Shown: positions 57,721-64,000 of the stretch, in pieces | Layout of the letters: each line of letters starts with the position of its first letter | Numbering within the stretch: position 1 is the stretch's first letter | From: Camelus dromedarius | Lineage: Eukaryota | Direction: 5' to 3' | Length of the DNA: 64,000 nt | Assembly (NCBI RefSeq): GCF_036321535.1 | Contig: NC_087455.1 | Location: forward strand, 930,001-994,000 | Notes under the pieces: generated by a model | What the model saw: the letters and a program-made list of their open reading frames with translations, nothing else | Databases searched by the model: none | What the model was told of the DNA's origin: nothing | Translations under genes and position numbers: made by a program

Positions 57721-60700
57721 CGGCGAGTGCATGGAGTATAGTATACGCAGAATTTGGAAGATCTAGCTCACAAAGTAACGTATCTTAGCCATTTTTAACA
57801 TTGAGTACGTGTATATTTTGGCTATATTTGGTTAAAAAATGCAGTGCAATTCAACTTTTCCTGCTTCTTCCTGCTTGCTTACTCTGACTACTGGAAAATG
57901 TAAAGTTAACGCGTGTGGCTCTTGTGATGCTTCTCTTGGGCCGCCCAGGCTGGCCTAGAGGCTGGATCCCCCGGGACTCCCCAACCTCCTACCTTGGTGG
58001 AGTCGCCTGACCCGTCGAGCCTCGGACTCTTTCTTTCTGTTTGTGTCCCAGCTGCACTCCTGGCCTTTCTGCAGAATTTCTCAGTCTCAGCACTGTGCAC
58101 GTTTGGAGCCGGAGAATTCTCCATCCTTCGTATTGTAGGGTGTTTTGCCCTCTCCGTGGCCTCCGCTACATGTCAAGGTCCAGAGAGGTCAAAATCATCG
58201 GAAGACAGTTTACTGCAGGTCTCAGGTGTCTTACCTGTAACACCTGAGAGCTGGCCTGCCTCCTGGTGGGTAGAGTCCACATGGATCACAGTCCCGGCAC
58301 GTGTAGGCAGCACACAGTGGCGGTCACTGTTCAGGCTGGGGCTGCACTTCTGCCATTCTATTAGACCGCACAGAAATCTGAGCTTACCAACCATGAACCC
58401 ACAAAACTAGATGATTTCTACCAAATGGGCAGTTAGCCTCTGCTTGGATGTCCCAGCGCAGATGCACCCCGTCCCAGGGACGTTTGGGCCCCACCCCACC
58501 CCCAGGCCTCCCCACCCACCACACCCCCTCCTCCCCAGGCAGCGGTCCGAGGGATATGTGTCCTCACGAGACGAGGCAAGCTCCTGGCCCCTGTGTCTGG
58601 CAGGGCATCTGGACTCAGCAGCAGGCAGGTGGCAATGACTGCTGAGTAAAATCGAATGTGTCCAATGCTGTGGCCCCATCTCTGCTTCCAGGAGAGTCTT
58701 GGGATGGCCCAGGTGTGGCTGAGCCTGAGAGACTCTTCAGGAAGGGGCCTGCCAGACTGGCTCTTCCTCCTCCTTCCTCTCTCCCCAACTCCTCACTGAC
58801 ACCCCCAACCCTGCCCCACCTTTACCTTTCTCTCCAGGAAAAGTGGAAGCTCAGCACGTGCTTGCCAGTGCGCCCACTGACAGGAACCTCTGCCACTTCC
58901 GGGTGAGTGGGCTGGAGTGGAGGCTCCCCCGGGGCCCCGGGTGGCTATTGGCTCCTGTCCTTCTGAGATGCTCCTTGGGGCCAGGAAAGTGCTGCTTACT
59001 TAACTAAAGTTTTGAGGCAGGCTGGGTTGGGGAAGGGAAGGTCAAAGGCCACAAGGAAGGTCAAGGTTGTGGAGGGCCAGGGCTGGGTACGGAGTGTGTG
59101 CGTGTGGACATGTGTGTGTTGGATGGGCAGGGGTGGTCGTGGGCACTCACTGGGGTTGGAGGGCTGGAGGAGGAGCTGACACTCAGGGGCGTCTGGGCGA
59201 TCTTGGACACCGGGAGCAGGGCAGGCGTTTGCAGCGAGAGAGACCCATGAGGACCCAGAGCGGCCTCCAGCAGGGAGGGCTGCGGTTCGGGAGGGCGCCT
59301 CGCTGACCTGGGGCTGGTCCGGCCTCCCTGCTGCAGGCCCTGGGCTGCCAGACCACCCACTCCAACCTGGAGGTGCTGCAGGGCTGCTCCCTCGTCTTCT
59401 TTGCCACCAAGCCCCATGTCCTGCCGGCCGTCCTGGCAGAGGTGGCCCCTGTGGTCACCGCAGAGCATATCTTGGTGTCTGTGGCTGCTGGGGTCTCTCT
59501 AAGCACCCTGGAGGAGGTGAGTGGCCCGTGGGGTTAGGTGGGGCTGAGGTTCTGACCCCAGGGTGGGCTCTGCTGGCCAGACTCAGCGTCCCAGCCCTGG
59601 CCACCCCTTTCCAGCTGTGCCTGGGCCCAGGATGGGTTGCTGCAGAGGTGGCCGGGTGGCTGAGGGGCCAGGGTTCAGGTTTCTCCTGCTGGGGGAAGCA
59701 GGGAGGGGAGCCTGTGCTGGCAGAGGTGGTGCCTGCCCAGTAGGCCCGATCCTACGGACTCCCTGACTGTAGCCTCACTGGACAGCTGCTGCCCCCAACT
59801 GCACGAGTGCTGCGGGTCTCGCCCAACCTGCCCTGCGTGGTCCAGGAGGGGGCCTTGGTGATGGCGCGGGGCCGCCATGCCGGCAGCAGTGAGGTTGAGC
59901 TCCTGAGGACCCTGCTAGAGGCCTGCGGGCAATGCGAGGAGGTGCCCGAAGCCCATGTGGACGTCCACACTGGCCTCAGTGGCAGTGGTGTGGCCTTTGT
60001 GAGTGTTGTTGGGTCCCCATGCTCCCACCCCCGCCCTCACAGGACGGCCCTTGGCAGAGTGGGGCCTTTCTGAGCCCCTGCCACTGTGGCTGGGTCCCTG
60101 GGCTGCCCACGAGCACCACCCTCCCTATATCGGTGCCTTCCTGGGCCTTTGAGGCCGGCCTCTGGGCAGACCCCTGGGTTCAGGCCTCCACTCTGGTGAC
60201 TAGTGTGCCGGGCTGTGTTCCTGAAGGTTCCCATCCTTCTCCAGGCGGGTGCTGGGTCCAGGGGAGAGCTGGCTCTGACCCCGCCCCTGCTGCTACAGGT
60301 GTGCGCCTTTTCAGAGGCCCTGGCTGAAGGTGCCATCAAGATGGGCATGCCCAGCGGCCTGGCCCACCGCATTACTGCCCAGACCTTGCTGGTGAGACCT
60401 TGCTGCCTGGCCCCAGAGGAGTGTGTGGACGGGAGGGGTCAGCATGCCTCCTGGGAGCAGTGGGATGGGAGACAGCTGGCCTGGGCAGCCTGGGCTGAGA
60501 TGGGCAGGGTGGGGGGTGCATGAGAAGTCAGGGCTGAGCTGGAGAAGGGGCTGCCGGCCTCCCCCAAGTCACCCCAATCCTCACCCTCCCTGCAGGGGAC
60601 AGCCAAGATGCTTCTGCAGGAGGGGCAGCACCCGGCCCAGCTGCGGACGGACGTGTGCACGCCGGGCGGCACCACCATCTATGGGCTGCACGCGCTGGAG

Positions 60701-60778
60701 CGGGGTGGGCTGCGTGCAGCCGCCATGAGCGCCGTGGAGGCTGCCACCTGCCGGGCCAAGGAGATCAGCCGGAAATAG
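57315..60778 (+). CDS. PYCR3: Pyrroline-5-carboxylate reductase 3, 276 aa; exons 57315-57411, 58838-58902, 59337-59516, 59786-59998, 60299-60391, 60596-60778
   Basis: Exons sum to 831 nt and all introns are [36 protein letters not shown] and CTPGGTTI motifs are present. Confidence 0.98.
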
Positions 60779-61456
60779 GGCACATGGGCGCTGGACTTGG
60801 CCACAGCCCCGAGTGCCGCCCCTCCCTTCCTCTCTCCCTGGCCCCTTCCGAAGACTCTGTAGGCCAGTGAAGGAGCTGCTTGAGGTCTGAGGGTAGCTGG
60901 AGGACGGGGCCTGGCCAGCCGTGAACATGGCTGGTCCTGGGCCCCTCCCCAGACCCTAAGCTCCTGGCAAGTGGCGGATGGAGCTGGCCTTGACCCTTCC
61001 CTGCTTGGAGAGTCCTGAGAGTCCCGTGGCCTGGCCTTCGACTGCAGGATTTGGGTCTGTAGCATGTCTGCGAACGGGCCAGCAGGGCAGGAGCCAGGAA
61101 CATGGGGCCTGAAGCAAGGACATGGAGCCTTTGGGGGGGGCTGCCTGCAGCTCTCTGCTGTGCTACCCCCAGGGCTCTCGGGGGGCTCCCCACATGACAG
61201 AGCCCCCCCCCCAGGCGGAGGCGCCAGTTCTTGTTGCAGCCTGACAGCTGAGACTGGAGGCAGAGGGTCCTCCTGCCTGTAAGATGGGGTGAGGCACCTG
61301 GGTGGCAGCCTCTCCTTCACTCCCTGCTGCCCTGCCACCCTGGGGGAGCCCCCATTCCAGCCTTCACCAGCCGCTGCCCATCTGATCTTGACCCTCACTC
61401 ATTAGAGGGTCGGCCTGAGTCTGTTTCCGCACCTGCTTTCTGTACCTGTAAATGGA

Positions 61457-61462
61457 AATAAA
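61457..61462 (+). terminator. PYCR3 polyadenylation signal
   Basis: First AATAAA in the 3' UTR, ~680 bp after the stop codon. Confidence 0.6.
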
Positions 61463-62093
61463 GACGCCACCTAGCAGCAGAGACCAAGGTTTAATGGGAG
61501 GCCAATGAAACCAAATCCCGGTCTGGAACCGTGTCTCTGCCAAGGCCTGGGACATTTGGCACAGAGAGGTTTGGGGCAGGTGGATGAGGTGGTGTGGGGA
61601 CAGGGTTTCTGCAAGGATGGGCTCACTGGGCCCCCCACCAACTCTGACCTCACCCCCAGCGCTATGTCTGTGGGGCCCAGTGATGCATCTTCCAGCAGGA
61701 TCCCTGGGGACCAGGATGGGCTCAACTTGGGGAGCAGAAAATGCACTTCTGCCCAGCCTGACCTGAGCAGGCCACTTCCTGCATGAGAGGTGCCCTGGTG
61801 ATCCCCCAGCCCAGCTGGTGACAGACCGTGACAAGGCATGCTCGTTGAGGAGGGACCAGCCCAAGAAGGGCAGCTGGTGGGATGGGGGCAGGGTCACAGA
61901 TCAATTCCTTGCTGGCCATTTCTTTACTTTCTACTGTAAGATTGAAATTACTTTTCCAAGAAGTTGGTGGACGTGAGCTTTCATCAATGTCCCATTTCTG
62001 TATCCTCCCTACTTCTTCAAATTATGTGTTCAGGATCAAGTTAACAAAAATTAGGCTAGAACAGGGATATGCGTGAGGTTGACACATTCAGCC

Positions 62094-62099
62094 TTTATT
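62094..62099 (-). terminator. Minus-strand AATAAA, possible 3' end of a convergent transcript (TIGD5 expected beyond the window by synteny)
   Basis: TTTATT on the + strand with a U-rich tract downstream on the minus strand; gene assignment is inference only. Confidence 0.3.
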
Positions 62100-64000
62100 A
62101 TAAAGCACACGGGGCCCAGTTGGCCAGTAAACTCTATCAGTGAGGCTGATGTGAAAGGGGCCCAGAAAGAACACGCACCCTGCGCCCACCCTAGGACCTG
62201 CCACTGGAGCTGAGCCTCACCCTGCCTGGGCTCCCTGTTCGCAGGCTCCCCCTGGCAACCCTGACCTCCTCTCAGGCCAACTGGAGGACTGACCCCTCAG
62301 CCTGAGGGCGCTCCCCTTCCGCACCCCTAAGCACACACTCAGCCCATCAGGCAAGGCTGGCCTCAGACAGGCTTCCTCTGACCTGCCGCCTGGCCTCGCC
62401 CTCCCAACCCCACAGGTCAGGGTGCTTTCAGCAGGAGCCTGCGAGCTCACCTTTCCATCTGCAGGGTTTCCCTTGCATGCCCACTGCCAAACCCTCTGGG
62501 GGCCCTAACGGTGACTCTGACCCAGAGCCACTTTTTGGAAGGTGATCTTCACTGCCTCAAGGCATCGTTACAGCACTGTGAACAGCAGGAGGGGAGGCTG
62601 GTGGCTGTGTCCCTGAGCACCTCCCTGGCTGTGGGTGTCCCCGCCCCACCAGGGAAACATGTCTCCCTCCAGGGCAAGAAAGCTTGTCTCCGGCGTGGTG
62701 CCCAGTGCTGCAGGTGATGGCTGCTGAAGACACTAGCAGCGCCAACTCCAACCTCCCCCTTGGTGCCATCAAACACCTCTCTCTCCTTACTGTGCACCAG
62801 GGTGGCAAACTCAAAGGCCTGGGGCCCAGCAGGCCAACAGCATGGAGGCCACCCAGCTGGGGTCCACTTTGGCGATTCTCCTGCAGAGACAGCCTCTAGC
62901 GTCCCCCGTGGGAAGCTCTGACCAGGCTGTCCCATGGTTTCACACTGAGAGGAGCCCAGGGAGGGAGTGACAGCCACCAGAGCTGGGGTGGGGCCCCAGG
63001 TGCCCGCCCACCACCCACACACTGCTGCAGGCCCCCGGCTTGGAGGACCCATGTCTGAGGCCACCCTCAGGGGCAGAGCCACCCCCTCCGTGTGCAGGGC
63101 TCAGTGCCCATGGCTTCTGCCTCACAGCACCAACACCTCCATTTTTGAGAGGATACCTTTAGAGGAGGTCCTGGCCCAGCAGAGAGAAAGAGCTCTCAGA
63201 CCCACCCTGATGGCCACCTGGGATCTCCAAGGCCCCAGGCCATCCTGTGCTGTGCCTCATTCACTCAGGGCACACCCAGGGCCATGGGGACTTGCCAGAG
63301 CCACCTCCTAGGGTGCAGCCTTGGCTCCCTAGAGGGGACGAGACTGGTGGGACGTGAGGAGAGGGAGGCAGGAGGTTCTGTCCTGACACTGGTTCCCAAT
63401 ACTAACTGCAGCCTCCCCACCCAGGCCCATGGGGAGAAGAGGGAGACTCAGCAAGAGGTGGGGCGCTGATGGCGGCTGCAGGGCACTGCTGAGGCCGCCC
63501 TCACCCACTGCCCACGTGGGGCTTGAGGTCTCTGTCTCCACACACCCCTGCAGACAGGCCCAGCAGAGCAGAGGCCCAGCAGACCGGCTATTGTGACCAG
63601 GAGCCCCAGGCTGGGTCCCTACCAGCCAGAGAGGCAGATGGAGTAACATGCAAGCTGTCCTGAAGCCTGATGCCAGCTGCTTGGCTAGATCCAGGTCCAG
63701 CTGCAGTCTGCCTCCTGCAGGTGTGTGGACCTGAGACAGCTGGCAGCGGATGTGCCAGCTGGGCCCCAGCAGGTGTGGCAGGAGGCTGCTGCCCTGGCCT
63801 GGCCAGCCAAGCCTCCCTTCTCTTGCTCCCAAATCCTCCACACCTTCCCCTAGCTTTCAGATTTGACATATACACATTCTCAAATACACTTTTTTGACCA
63901 GGGATGGTTCCAAGGAACAGTTTACGTCCTTGCTCCAAGGGTGCCCCAGCTGCCTCCCCACAGCGCACAGCCATTCCCTACCACGAACATCACCTCTGCA

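Noticed and set aside
62100-64000. TIGD5 coding sequence expected by synteny
   Set aside because: No CENP-B/DDE transposase-like ORF in the window; at most 3' UTR is present.

Overview
GC-rich mammalian genomic DNA, almost certainly camelid, judged from several copies of a tRNA-derived SINE matching the camelid Vic-1 type. The window is syntenic with human 8q24.3 in reverse orientation. Five protein-coding genes have splice-resolved intact frames: CCDC166 (+), ZNF623 (-), an unassigned 4-exon KRAB-C2H2 zinc-finger gene (+), GFUS/TSTA3 (+) and PYCR3 (+). The most notable accessory element is a 6.2-kb endogenous retrovirus at 30795-37015. It has two ~380-bp LTRs (~8% diverged by manual count), a perfect 5-bp TSD, a tRNA-Ser(CGA) primer site, class III-type pol and a gamma-type env, i.e. 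an ERV-S (HERV-S-like) architecture. It is inserted in an old L1 between two zinc-finger promoters. Other points of note: no ZNF707 coding sequence is visible where human has it, although a CpG-island promoter remains; ZNF623 lacks N-terminal fingers; CCDC166 needs a GC-AG intron and carries a coding minisatellite; decayed hAT-Tip100 transposase fragments and a young ERVK-like solo LTR are present. All calls were made by eye without alignment tools. Cross-species comparisons rely on recalled human sequences, and repeat-family names and repeat boundaries are approximate.
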